Positions 27,253 to 39,969 of a stretch of 64,000 nucleotides of DNA are shown here, piece by piece. Under the pieces are notes generated by a model. That model did no database searches and was not told the DNA's origin. It was given only the letters and a program-made list of their open reading frames with translations. Source of the DNA: Sphaerodactylus townsendi (taxonomy: Eukaryota); contig NC_059429.1 of assembly GCF_021028975.2 (NCBI RefSeq), positions 100,688,001 through 100,752,000 on the forward strand. The letters run 5' to 3'. The number at the start of each line of letters is the position of its first letter. The stretch's first letter is position 1. A program made the translations under genes and the position numbers.

Positions 27253-27399
27253 CAGGGTGCCCAACTTATGGCACTCCAAATGTGCGTGGACTGCAATTCC
27301 CATCAACTCCTGCCAGCATGGCCAATTGGCCATCCTGCCAGGGGCTGATGGGAATTGTAGTCCATGAACATCTGGAGTGCCATAGGTTGGCCACCCCTG
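27253..27399. mobile_element. palindromic hAT MITE
   Basis: near-perfect 147-bp palindrome centred on ggccaattggcc; perfect 8-bp TSD tcataggc. Confidence 0.9.
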
Positions 27400-30300
27400 T
27401 CATAGGCTACCGTGTTGGTATCTATCCACCTATGCAGTTCCTCTGGTGGAATGATATTTTGTTTTGCGGAAAAGGAGAAATGTGATTTTCACCCTTCCCC
27501 TTCCACTGCAAACCCTCACTTTGCCCCTGTGCCACTACTGAGGGTCTGCTGATGCCCAGAAACAAAATTTCAAAGGGGATTAATAGGCTGCAATGGAGCT
27601 GGAACATGAGAAACTTCCACACCAGGAAGTTTTCAGCTGATTGGATGCGTGCCACTGTTTACAGTTCTGCCACCATACAAAGAGCAAGGTGGACTAAGGA
27701 ATAGCTTCCTTGGAAGAATCTCCCTAAAGAGAAAGAAAGCATGCCCTCCTCCTGAGGCTATACCATTTCAGAATGCAGCCTGGGCATCACAACTTCAAAA
27801 GTTTCTCCATGTTAGAAATGCAAACAGAACTCCCTGCATATAGAAGATTAATGTCATGGAGAAGGCAATGCTGCAACACTTCTTCCTGATGCTCTAGCTT
27901 TCCACAGGTTAAAAGCTTTTAAGAGAGTACATTTCGAAGTGGGAATGCTGAAGGAGGAGAGCATCCTTTTAGAACATATGTATAGATCACTCCTGGGACA
28001 GTATCAAAGCGAAATTTCTTCAGGATACCTGTACTAGAACTTGGCTGATCCATGACAGAAGGGCAAACCATAATGCTGCCATGGAGTGACTGGGGTTCTG
28101 CAGCAGATTTCTGGGCACTCTAATCTATAGGGCAGGAAGTGCTGGGCATTGCACAAGACCTTGAGCAAGCAGGACTGCGCCAAGCCTGTTCATGTTTCTG
28201 CTTGCACATCGTTAGATCCAAGCCTTTGTGATTAAAATAAAGTCTCTAAATTTTCCACCAAGCTTAGCCAAATTTTGCAGCTGAATGTCTACATCATGCT
28301 GAACTCATTTCCTTATTTGCCTAATTTATCTTGCTTCTCCTAATTGTGGAGACAAGCAATTGATCCAAGCCTCTCCCTCTGTTCTGGTAAAGAATACTCC
28401 CAATATTTTCTACCCTTAATCTTTGGGTCCTGCCTAGAAATCCTACTCAGACCTACCTACCTCACAGATCTCACTGGAGTTCCCTACCCTTCTGTCTATT
28501 CACTATTGAACCTGTATTCCCTGTCTTTGGGTGTAGCTCAATTTCATCACATCTCAGAAGCTAAGCAGGGTCAGTTCTTAGAAGGGAGACCACCAAGGAA
28601 GACTCTGTAGAGACAGGCAATGGCACACCACCTCAGCTTCTCACTTGTCTTTAAAAGCCTTTGTTGGGGTTGCCATAAGTTGGCTGTGACTTGACGGCAC
28701 TTTTCACACGTTTCCTGCCTTCATGGTTGGAAACTAATTTCAAACTATATTTGCAGCCCTGGACATTTTAAAGAGAATTGTTCTGTTTTGTTTCACACCA
28801 ATTAAAAGTAAACTGAGCTTTGAACAATTATTGCCACTCCAACCATAATAATAAAACCGAAGGAGTGGAGTTGCTTGTGTGGTATAATTCCATTGTTCTT
28901 TTTCCCCTGAGGACTTTCTGGTATCAGTTAAAGCAAAGGTGGGTGGCTTAATGTTACCTGGTGCACTGGCATGCCCCCCAGCTGCTTTTCTCCCTGACAG
29001 ATCAAAGATTTTGGCCCCTTGTCTTTTTCAGGGAGAAAAGCCACCACGGAAGAAGTGATTGTGAACAAAAAAAGGGGGAGGGAGTCTCTCCTTACCCCTT
29101 GCATTCACCTACTCACATTGGCTTTACCTGATCAAAGAAAACCCTCAGGGAGAATTAAGCTGTAGTTCTGCTCTGGGAAACTGTATGAGGAGGTGCCTGC
29201 CCTGTCTTGTGCCCAGAGCATAGTTTCGGTTATGTATCAAGAACTATGATGTATATCTGTATGAGAGAGAGGCTTGGATCCACTGAAGCATTTCTGTGGG
29301 TGGAAGGATTCACTCCTGCCTGCTAACTTGAGTTGGAAAGAGGAGAAAGTTGGGCTCTGTGAGCAAAATCTCTCTGGTGGATCCAAATTGGAGTCTGCAT
29401 GAGAATCCTTCTCCCCCACTGGGGATGTTTCTGGTGCTGGACTTGCAAGCAAGACATGAGCATTAGTGCAAGTCTGCCTTGGCTTTTCCCCTGTATCTTC
29501 TGCACTGACCAGCTGTCATTTCTTTACAAATCAGTATTGACAAAGAATGAAAAATCACTGTCTCGTTGATTTTTAATTCCTGACCAAAGCCATTCATGCT
29601 GTTGTGGTTGAGGGATGGATGGTTCCTCTGGGACTCCCATGGATACATCTGTGTGTGTTCTAGTGTTTGCCCTTCGGATGGGTTTTTCCCCCTCATTGAT
29701 TGACAGGCACTTACTGCAGCCTTCCTTTTTCTGGAGCTGAAGTGCATGTCCATTTTCAGCCTATTTGTGGTGAAATGCCCATGTGGCCAATTCTAACAGG
29801 GATGACTTATCCTTTGCATACTTAGTTCCTGTGAATTCAGTCACACTTAGTCCAAAGTAATTGTGCACAGGATTGCAAGGTAAAGAAGACAAAACAGGCA
29901 TGGAGAATTTTGGTAGATTTGTGCATCATGGCTTTTGGATCCAGATTGTCACTGACTCAGTTTACAAACACAATGTACGAAACAAGGACAGGAGGTGTCC
30001 CAATCCTGGCCATTGCAACTCTACATGGTAAAAAGTGGATTCACAGAACTCTCCCTGTATCTAATGGCTAGACATATAGAACATTTTACAGAACAATCTG
30101 GGATGGTCCCTAAAGCTAATCAATCTAGTGAGTTTATTTGCTGTATCTTTAGAATGCACTATCCCCCCCCTCCCCTTTCTCTTCATATGTTGATTCATTA
30201 ACAGGCTACATTGAGCACAGACGAAGGGGTAGAGAAACCAACACAGTTTTCAATCCATTTGCTGTTACAAAGGAATCACTTTGAGTAATGATGTTCTCTA

Positions 30301-32782
30301 ACTGTAAGAACAGAGAGAGGATGCGCCAGATAATTAGTTGAAATAAAAATACCTCTTGTGTAGTGGAACTGCAGGTGTGCAGCAGCTGTTGGGATTGTCC
30401 TTGTGTTGCAACCTGTGGATAAGTTCCTGGCTTGTAGCAGGCAACTGAGTCCATTCTAGAGGGAAAGCAACTGGCCCAATTAATAACTAGTAACATTTTT
30501 TTAGACTGGGGAGACTTCAACTCTACAAGCAACATTACTTAATGCCTTTAGCGTAAAACCAGCATTTCTTGGCGTAGATGCCAGTAGTTATTCAGATACA
30601 CGTGTAATGAAGAAGCTTGGCAGAGGGAAGGGAAAGGCAACCAGGCACCTGTTAATGGCTCTAGGATTCTCTTAAGAGTTCATTCCTGTGTTACTTCAAT
30701 TGCACTTAATTGCAGAAGCAGAAATGCCTCCTGCATCCCCTGTCAGGTGTTACTTTAACTGCTGGGAATCGGGAGCTTGTGGCATGTTTTGCTCCTTCAA
30801 GTGAGCATGCTTAAAATAATATAGGAAACCATTCTCCATACGTACTGCAAGTCAAAATGGCAATAATACACAGAGGGTGTGTAAGGATAGGGCTAAAAGT
30901 GTTGGGAATGAAGTCTGCTGTAGAGTGCAGCAAGCCTCATGCCCTGAAATAGATCCTCAATGTGGGACTCAAGAGTATTGGGTCTCCGCCTTCAGGTCTG
31001 TGAACTCCCAAGCTAAACCTACTAAGCACAGCCTTAGCATTACAGCTCAGTACACTGTTGACCCCAAGCCTATGCGACTGAGCTGTTTTCTTTGGCAGAG
31101 CAGTGAGATCCATGCAAATATCACATCTGTGGCCTTGTTCTCAGTCTGCATCCCACTGTGTGAGTTCTTCAGTTACTGCTAGCAGGCAAGAGACTGGCAG
31201 CAAAGGGGTTGAGCTCTCGCCACCAAGCGCCTTACTGTGCTGGGAAAACAGACCTATTGTCTGCCTGTCTGTTGCTGTCTTTCCACTTATAGAGGCAGGC
31301 CTGTTCTCATACATAGAAGAGCATAATGCAAAGTAGGCACCAGCAGCTGACCACCTCCCCAGCTCAAGGCTAGACTGGCTTTTCTGGGGCAGCCCCTTTC
31401 TACTCTTTGCATGAATTTGTATAAAGGGGGTGGGTAGGATATGAGGTTAATTGTGCTTGCTAATTCCTGATGTAAATACTTCCTTTTTAGGATGTTTTTT
31501 AGCATTTTCATTGGAGGCTTTTTTTAAAAGAAAAGAATCTTCTACTTTTTTGGATTGTGATTTTTTGGGTCAATTTTTTTTACCAATGTCTTTTAATTAT
31601 TTATATATTCTTAAATTTTGACTTACTCTGTAAATAGCTGTGCTGGTTTTTTTGTTTTTAAGTATGGAATTTATAGATTCTGGGACATTTTGTCATTAGC
31701 AAATTGCAACCTTGTTATCTCCTGCAAGATGTCCTCCAGTGTCTGCCTGTGGCATCCCTTTGCCACTAGTGCACCACTTACCAGTATGTCTCAAACACCA
31801 CAGTTGGGATTTACTTTGACAACACAGCCTGAGGCATAGACGACTTCATTCTTTATTGTCTCTCTGCTCTGAATCTTGGAAGAATAGAGTTTTGGCAAAA
31901 ACTGGCCTCTGTTCACAAGCATCCCCAGAGGATAGGCCATTCTAAAAATGGTTTGATCAATTTTAAACATGAACTAATTCAATTGCTTAAACTTCCCGCC
32001 AGCACAACTGGCTTAGGCAATTGTGTCCTATTTCCCCTTGTCTCTGAGGAAGGTTGTGTGTCCCCTAATTGTACTTGGCCTGGGACTTCCACTCCTTTCC
32101 TTATTGGCATGCCCAAAAGATCTGACATACAATTCGATAAGTAATTCAGTTCAGGCTGAATGTCTGTCTATCACCTCTTTCTCCTCCTGATGTCTCCTTA
32201 TGTCAACACAGTGACTCTGTGTCAAGTGTGAAACCAGCCCAATTCTTCAAGATTGTGGAAGCCACAGCAGCGTTCCATGTTGAATGAGAGGGAACTTCGG
32301 GAAGCTGCAGTTTTCAGTACTCGTGGAGGGCGCTTACCCCTTTCTCCTTTTGTCATCTTGTTTGCAGGTCTTTTAATATTTACACATACACATCTGGGAT
32401 AATGTGAGGGGAAACAGCTGGGATGATTTGAGGCAGAAAAACAACCAAGGAACAGCATAAAACATCCTGTCGCCTGCTGCTCCTCCACTTAAAATTGCAG
32501 ATTTCCCAGGTTGCTTTTTATTCATTTCTTAAGAATAAGAAAAAATATGGGAACTTTATTACAGGTATTGGCTTGTAACATCTAGTTTGACCCTGACACT
32601 GGCTTTCTTATAGCAAGGGAGAAGTAAGAGGACATTTCAGCTGACAAAGGCTTGCAGTGGTCACCTCTCACTTCTCAGAAGACTGGTCTACCTTCTTCAG
32701 GCAGTAAAATCTTTTCTTTTTTCATACAGTGAGCTCATTTGTATGAAACAATTCCCATGTGAAAATGAAAAACTCATGAGGA

Positions 32783-32864
32783 GTGTTGTGGGTTTTCCGG
32801 GTTGTATGTTCCAGTAGCATTTTCTCCTGTTGTTTCGCCTGCACCTGCGGCTGGTATCTTCAGA
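32783..32864 (-). mobile_element. Penelope-like terminal fragment with hammerhead-like core
   Basis: reverse complement CTGAAGAtaccagccgcaggtgcaggcGAAAC...cccggaaaaccc. Confidence 0.65.
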
Positions 32865-33328
32865 TATGTAATGAGGAATGGTAGTTTTCAAGTATTCTTT
32901 GTGATGCAGTGAATTGTCATTTTCTTTCTCATGAGAACTTTTATTATAGTTTCTCATGTTTGAACTGATGCACTGAATTCAGTATGTGGCACCTCTAAAA
33001 ATAACAGTCGGGGACTATGCATTTTTTTCCACAGACTTGAAAATAGGGTGATAAAGCCATGGAATGAACAAATGTATCATTTTTTCAGTCCCTTTATGGT
33101 CTCCAGTCAAATCAACTTTGGAGATTTTTGAAGCACTTGAAAAATTTGTTTGGAACAATACTGCAGTGAATTTTTAAAAATTGCTCATGCATATTGCAAG
33201 TCTTTATCATACTTTTTCAGATCTCTGAAAGATCTTGCTTGAACCCGCATTCTGTATTTCTTGTGTTTTCCAAACAGCCCCATGTGTTTCTTTGTTGCTT
33301 CACATCAAAAGTAGCTTATTCTGCTTTT

Positions 33329-33334
33329 AATAAA
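33329..33334 (+). terminator. candidate polyadenylation signal of MTCL2
   Basis: AATAAA after U/UG-rich sequence, just before the region turns into decayed LINE. Confidence 0.45.
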
Positions 33335-33499
33335 TTGATTTTCAGAGTCTTTTAATGCAATCCAGCTGTGAGGGGAACTAGAGAAATAGACCCCATGAAT
33401 TTGAGGAGAACTTCTCTTTCAACCTTCACATTTTAGATCTCTGCTTTAGGCAGTGATGGTGAGGTCAGAGCTGCAAGAAAGATAAAACTTCAAATGGAT

Positions 33500-33990
33500 T
33501 CTGAAGTAACTCCAGTCTGAGCCCCTAACAGGTGACCATAGTCCCCCAAGGAGAGCTTTATCTCTTCGAGATGATTTGGTAATTGTTAGAATTATCCTGT
33601 GAAGTAGTAAATAAAGTGTCCCATGTCTCCCACCTGTTTTCCTATCATTATTTTCCCATGCTTCTGCGGGCCCCTGTCTTTTAACTTTCTACTGTTGCTT
33701 CCCTTTTTCCTCTGGTTCTTTAATCCTCATTTGTCTCTGACCATTCCATCTCCCTTTCTCCCTTAATGTTTTCTGTTCCTCCTCCCCATGAACATCCTAC
33801 TATCTTTTCACCAGTTCTTGTTGCTGAATCTCTATATGGACAGGAATGGTCTAAAGCTGATTCATCACATGAGCTTTCATTACTTGATGATCTTGGTGTC
33901 AACTTGGGGCTTGCAAGTAGGTATATCTGTTTGTTTTGCTCTTGCAGTTTGCATGGTTCTGTCCTGTGGAAGACATCACAGGTTGAATAC
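33500..33990 (-). mobile_element. ancient LINE, decayed APE endonuclease region
   Basis: minus strand shows, in order, NCKSKTN (NxRSxxNK), II..NES, DRKTGGR..TLY and LGDY, resembling APE motifs; purine-rich upstream 34800-36900 may be decayed ORF1. Confidence 0.35.
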
Positions 33991-35276
33991 CAGTGATAGA
34001 ATTGTTGTATCACCTGAAAGTGCAGACAGCAATGAACAGAGTTCTGGTTGTGCAACAGAGCTTTCCTGCCCCTTTTCCCCTGCCTTTACACCTCATCTGC
34101 AGCTATTCCTGCTGGCAGGATGAACCTTGGAAGATGGAAACCTGAGATTCCCTCCCCTGTTCATGCAAAAGTGCCTTTCACTCACTCAAAAGGAGCTCTT
34201 TACTGGAGTCAGTTCATGCTTTCAGCAGTATTTCATCACGTGTTGCATATGCCTATGTGAACTAGGCTGTCATCCATCTTTTTAAAACCGTGGCTGCACT
34301 TTTTCCGGCTGTAGTTAGCTGGTTGGTTGCCAGCTGACTGGTTTATACCATTCCAGGAGAAAATTCAGCAGTATGAACTGGTTTCCAGCTTTGTGTTATT
34401 TTGATTCTTTTGGGCTTTCTTGTTACTGTGTTCTACTTCTGCAAAATTCCCCCATAATTCTCTGACACTTGTGCCCTCTCTCTCCATGCAGATTGCCTGC
34501 AGCATGCGAAGGCTGTAGCATTTTAAAGTTTATAGAACAACCTCCCCCCTCCCTGTCCCATCAACAGCATATATGTTCACACACTGTTATTTCAAGAGGT
34601 CTGTATAAAATTAGTTATCTTTCCATCATTCATTTTCTAGCAAAGCTGTGGTACACAGGTTACATTTCCCCAGCATTTAGTCTACTGCAAAGTTGTATAT
34701 GAAGTATAATTTTGCCTCTTTGTTATGTATATGATGATTGAATTTTCCAATTATTACTTATAATTTCCCATTTATTACTTTGCCATATCAACAGTTTTCA
34801 TTGATTTTACACCTCTGATATTCTTCCCATCTATCATCCCTTGAACCTGGATTGACTCTCTCCCCCATTACCACCTTCTAGTCATCAGTAGGCTCTTGTC
34901 TTCTCAGTGCTTTCCCCCATGTTACTTTTGAAATTGCTCCATCCATCTTCCAGCTCTTGTTCTCCACCCTGGATCATTCCCTCCATACCTACTTTTTATC
35001 TCTTTCACCTGTCATTTCCTAACCTGTTCCTATGCCTCTTGGTTAGTTCTGTACTATGTATTCACAATATTGTGTCTTGCTGTTCCTTCTGCTTGGGTCC
35101 TGAGCATTTCCTTTTGCACGTTTGCCACTCCACACCTCCATCTATGTATTTCTGGTTCCTGTGAGTAATTCCACATTAGGTCTGTCACTTTAATACCAAC
35201 TTGTTTACTTGGAAGCTTGTCATAATCATTCTATTTCCCCTTTTTTGGTCTATCCCACTTCTTAATAGCATTAGAT

Positions 35277-35444
35277 CACTGGTTCTCAACCTGGGGGTCG
35301 AACGACCCTTTCACAGGAGTCGCCTAAGACTCTCTGCATCAGTGTTCTTTATCTGTAAAATGGATAAATGTTAGGGTTGGGGGTCACCACAACATGAGGA
35401 AATGTATTAAAGGGTCACGGGATTAGGAAGGTTGAGAACCACTG
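35277..35444 (+). mobile_element. SPIN (Space Invader)/URR1-like hAT MITE
   Basis: TIR ca(c)tggttctcaacct...aggttgagaaccactg; diagnostic gggggtcaccacaacatgagga...tgtattaaagggtc; TSD cattagat/ctttagat. Confidence 0.85.
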
Positions 35445-37362
35445 CTTTAGATGCTCAGACAGAACATTCTTTGTCTCCTTCAACCATTCCTTGGTTCCTG
35501 CCATAGACATAATAACCTGTCTCCCGTGTTTTATTTATTGAAGAGATTTCTACTCTGCTTTTCTACTTTAAGAGCACTCAAAACAACTAACAAGCCAATG
35601 GGCTGGATTCAGCAACTCCCTTCTGCTAGGTAAGGGGGCTTGCTCCAGTGGGAGGAAGGTTCCATGCTTTGCAGAAAGGAGTGGTTGGGTCCAACCCAAT
35701 AAAAACAAAAAATATTAAAACCAGCCACAAAACTTTGTATTTCATATGTCATTAAGAGCGTAGGTTAAAAAAAAAGGAATCTGGAATCTAAATGATGCTA
35801 GCATGCGCATCAGGCATATCTGAGTTAGGAGGAAGTTCTGCAATCACCACCACCACCACCACCACAGAAAAGGCCCTCTCTAGTAGTTACACGTAGTAGT
35901 AGCTGCAGATGTGAAGGTAGCCTGAGAAAAGTCTCCAGTGAAGATGGGTAATTGCCAGGCAGGTCCCATGTGCTCCTTCGGTGCATCTGATCCCTGCTTG
36001 TTTTCTCACTTCCCATCCCAAAACTTTTGCTTTTCTGTCTCCCTGTTCTGATCTTTGTCTGCTTTTGCCAATTGCACAGTATCCTGCTCCTCATTTCATT
36101 TTTTGCCCTGAGTACTGTTGTCCTTGTCTCACTGCCTTTCTCTATCGGTTGGCTCTCCTGTCTGCTAACTCCTGGCTGATGGTGCAGTCCTAAGCAAGGT
36201 TTCACTCTTTTTAGTTCTTTGCTATCAGATAGCTTGACAAAGTACATCTCCAGCCTTATCATGTATCATATTGTTTTCATCTGGCCTCACTTCTAAGTCA
36301 TTCTTCAGCAGATGGTTCCCACATTATTCTGTCTGTTTTACTGTTTATAGTTCTGCACATCTCTAGCTTTTTCTGTGGCCTGACTAAGTCTCAATGTGCT
36401 TCTTCCACAGTTTCCTATCCTTCTTCAGCGCTCACAATTCCTGCCTCTTCTTGTTTCCCTCTGTGCTTTGCCATCTTGAGGTCTTCCCTAACTGTCAAAG
36501 TTCCACATGGTTCTCTCAGTCTTTTTAAAGCCTTGTTCACAAGTATACTGCTGAGGCCCCCTTTTTCTTATTCCTCCATCATTTTGTTATTGCTGCTTCA
36601 GTTGTGACACTGGTTCCAGCTGCTTCCACAGTTTGCTGAAAACATACAAAGAGGCTGTCACCTTTTGTGATTTGCTCTTCTTCCTGTATGAGATCTCACA
36701 CAATGCTGATATGTGGTTGCATCTCTGAATGTAACCTTAGGTGTACTGGGATACATCCTCTCCATTCATTTCAGATTGTCTTCCAATAGTGATTGCGCTT
36801 TCTCCCCTCCAGTTTGTGCTTCTCTGTCTACTGTTCTTCACTGCTTGATTCCAGATCATAAGAACACTACGCTGTTTATATCGGGTGCGCTGTGCTGTAC
36901 AATCTGTGCAAAGGGAGAGGCATTCTCAGATCATCTTCCTCACACAGAATGCAGTGTTATTCTTGGCATTCCTCTACAAGTTATTATGTGTAGGAGGCAG
37001 GCATCCTTTTCTCTTTAGAAAGCCACATGCCCAAAATAGTGCTGTCAATTAGGGTTGATTCTCTTTTTATTTGGTCTGCTGGAGATGCATGCTTGAGTCC
37101 ACTGTGCATGCATGCCCCAGCAAATGTGAAGAGTGTGCATATGCAAAACAAAATTGTGACTCAATTCTTTCTTAGTTGTTTTTCAGAATATTTTTTTTTA
37201 ATTGTTTTACTACTTTTGTAATAAAGTTATGGAAACCATGGGGTTGTTTGTGGCACAAGAACAGACCCTTTGTCAGTTCACAATTAGGACTCCATAGGGA
37301 CTACTGTTCTCCTTTGAGGAAAGACATTGCCTAGTGCCTTGCTAGTTTCTTCCCAAATTGGC

Positions 37363-37583
37363 TCAGATTTTCTTGCTGGAACGTGGGCATAAGAGCCCAA
37401 GTTCTGGGTGCCACTTATATTCCAGCTCTTCTTTCAATGGGAAAACACCCACCACCATCTTCACTGTTGTATTCCTGAAATTCATCCTGCTGCATTCCCG
37501 AGACATGAACTGTTCCACGTGGAGTTGCACATTCTCCATCTGGCAGCCTTGTTCCCAGTCAATGCCTTTCTTCGCTAAGAGGA
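37363..37583 (-). CDS. candidate terminal exon of an unidentified minus-strand gene
   Basis: tttacag acceptor, 72 open codons (LLAKKGIDWEQGCQMENVQLHVEQF...ELEYKWHPELGLLCPRSSKKI*), minus AATAAA at 37066-37071. Confidence 0.35.
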
Positions 37584-38148
37584 CTGTAAATATTTATTTT
37601 GGGTTTGGCCATGTCTTGTTAGTGTTATAATAAAGGGTTTTTATTTTATTGTATTTTATTTTTTCAAGTGTTTAGGTTAAAATGTTCAGTCTGGTCAAAT
37701 TTCCCTGGGGTAACTACCTATATTAAAAAGCAAGTGGAACTAATCACAGTGCCCCCAGGCTGGGTTGTTGTTTTTTTACTCCACTTTCTCAAACTCTTGT
37801 ATATTGTCCTGGGGCTTTTTACACAGAATTGTTGTAGAAAACAAGAATCTAAAAGTCTGTTAAGAGAGCCATTACAAATAATCTCTATTAAAAATCTGCC
37901 TCTGTGTCGTCATTGTTAAGCTCCCACTGATCTGATGTTTTAAACAACAGATCCAACGAGTTAATTCTTGTACTACACTGGAGAATTTCAGTTCTTCAAG
38001 AAATGTTCTGGAATTATGAATTTGTATATCACTTATGACAAACCACCTCTGAACTTCTTGCCTTAAAAACCCCACTGGGTCATCATATAGCAAACATGAC
38101 TTGCTGTCCAAAAAGAAAAAAACCACTTGTATTAGAAAACAAGATGTG

Positions 38149-38379
38149 CCATGTTTCTCCGAAAATAAGACATCCCCTGAGAATAAGACGTAGTAGAGAT
38201 TTTGCTGAAGTGCTAAATATAAAACATCCCCCAAAAGTAAGACGTAGCAAAGTTTTTGTTTGGAAGCACCAGAGCATGCAGCTGTGGAGTGGAAAAATAA
38301 GACATCCCCTGAAAATAAGACATAGCACATCTTTGGGAGCAAAAATATAAGACACTGTCTTATTTTTGGAGAAACACGG
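38149..38379. mobile_element. Tc1/mariner (pogo/Tc2-like) MITE
   Basis: TIR ccatgtttctccgaaaataagac / gtcttatttttggagaaacacgg, internal aataagac repeats, TA at right flank. Confidence 0.8.
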
Positions 38380-39513
38380 TATATGTAGAACACATGGAAT
38401 ATCATCAGTGTTCTAATTCCTGTTGGGAGTGAATCAATAGCCATTCATTTTTAGTGTGTGGCTCATCTGTATGTCCCAAAATGTCTAAGTGATATCATAC
38501 CACTCAATTACATTGGTATTACTAGTTATGTACCCATTTATTTACCATGGAATCTGTAATGTGCTTCTGAATAACCAGCTGATTCCTGTAAATAGATCAC
38601 CATGTGCTTCAGCATAACATATAGCAACTAACATAGCCATAGTGTAGTTTTGATTTGTGTTGCTGTACTGCAACATGTGAGAGACCAAATTGGCTGGGTT
38701 TCTTCATTCTGTTGCACTGCACAAAGGTATTTGAAGCTCACAATTTGAGTGTCAAGGCTATTGTCACTCTCCATCCTCCCTTTTCGTTATAGAATCATAG
38801 AGTTGGAAGAGACCCCAAGGGCCATCAAGTCCAACCCCCTACAATGCAGGAACACACAATCGAAAGTACTATGTGCAGATATGTTGCACTACTATTCAAA
38901 TTCAATCAGTGAGAAGACATGAAAAGTTGCACAATTGTTGTGGTTCTTTCTTTTTTTACTATTCTACTTTGTACACTTATATACATTCAGCTGTAGCTGT
39001 CTCCATGAAAAGACATAACAAAACAGTTTGGGTCAAACACTCCAAGGAGATTGTTTTCTCTTCTACGTCTAATGGTGGTCCATAAGAATATTCCCATTTT
39101 AAAAGTTCCACCACTATACCACATCTTTACAACAGAGGAAGGTTCTTCGTGACTGCTCTGTGGTCATTGGACTCTAGTAACAGCAAACCCAAACTACTTC
39201 CAAGGGTGGTATAAGGATTTATCATTTATATGAACCTTTGCTGTGTTTCTTAAAAGATTCAGAATGGAATGTCTTTTTTAAAACAGAAGAAATGGACACT
39301 TGTACAGAGCTTTTCATGGGTGTGAAGATGACAGATTGAAAAACACTGATTTGTATCCCTAGGGAAAGCCCCTTCATTCCAGAATACCTCAACAGTTTAC
39401 AAATTGGTGAGTCTAACCTTGAAACAAAGTTACAGAGAGGAAATGGCAAGATAAAGTGTATATTTAGCACTGATTCAAATGCATTAAACCAACATCAGTC
39501 AAAACAGAAGGAA

Positions 39514-39788
39514 GGGCCTTTCCCCACTTTTGTCCTTCCCCTCTATGCCGTGCGCTGCTCTCAGCGCGCAGCATCCCAGGCGCGCGCCCGGCCGTCCCCA
39601 CGACCCCGCGCAGAGCCATCAAAAGGCGCCGTTGAGAAGAGCGCCTGGGATGCTGCGCGCTGAGGGGCGCGACAGCAGCAGCTTCGGGGCGGCTGTGCTG
39701 TCGCCGCCCCTCTCAGTGGAGAGTGCCGAGGGACCCCGCGCTACTCTCCTCGAGTAGCGCGGGGCTTAAGGGAAGTGAGGAAAGGCCC
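39514..39788. mobile_element. GC-rich PIF/Harbinger-type MITE
   Basis: TIR gggcctttccccactt / aagtgaggaaaggccc; 3-bp TSD gaa; second copy in opposite orientation at 47207. Confidence 0.75.
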
Positions 39789-39811
39789 GAACTCTACCTA
39801 CATTTTTATTT

Positions 39812-39969
39812 TGTATTGTTGAAGGCTTTCACAGCCGGATTCAACTGGTTCTGGTGGGTTTTCCGGACTGTGTGGCTGTGGTCTGGTAGATCTTGTTCCT
39901 AACGTTTTGCCTGCATCTGTGGCTGACATCTTCAGAGGTGTATCACAGAGGGAAGTCTGTTACACACTG
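39812..39969 (-). mobile_element. Penelope-like terminal fragment
   Basis: reverse complement cctCTGAAGAtgtcagccacagatgcaggcaAAACGTTagg...gaaagccttcaacaataca. Confidence 0.7.

Larger units (their letters stand above)
25469..33355 (+). other. probable long 3' UTR of MTCL2
   Basis: relatively repeat-poor stretch after the stop, U-rich block at ~31430-31730, AATAAA at 33329-33334; the endpoint is inferred and earlier AATAAA sites (e.g. 28236) are alternatives. Confidence 0.5.

Noticed and set aside
36120-36150. RT motif (RKAVRQG) on the minus strand
   Set aside because: Isolated match, upstream of the endonuclease-like region (wrong order), with no YxDD following.
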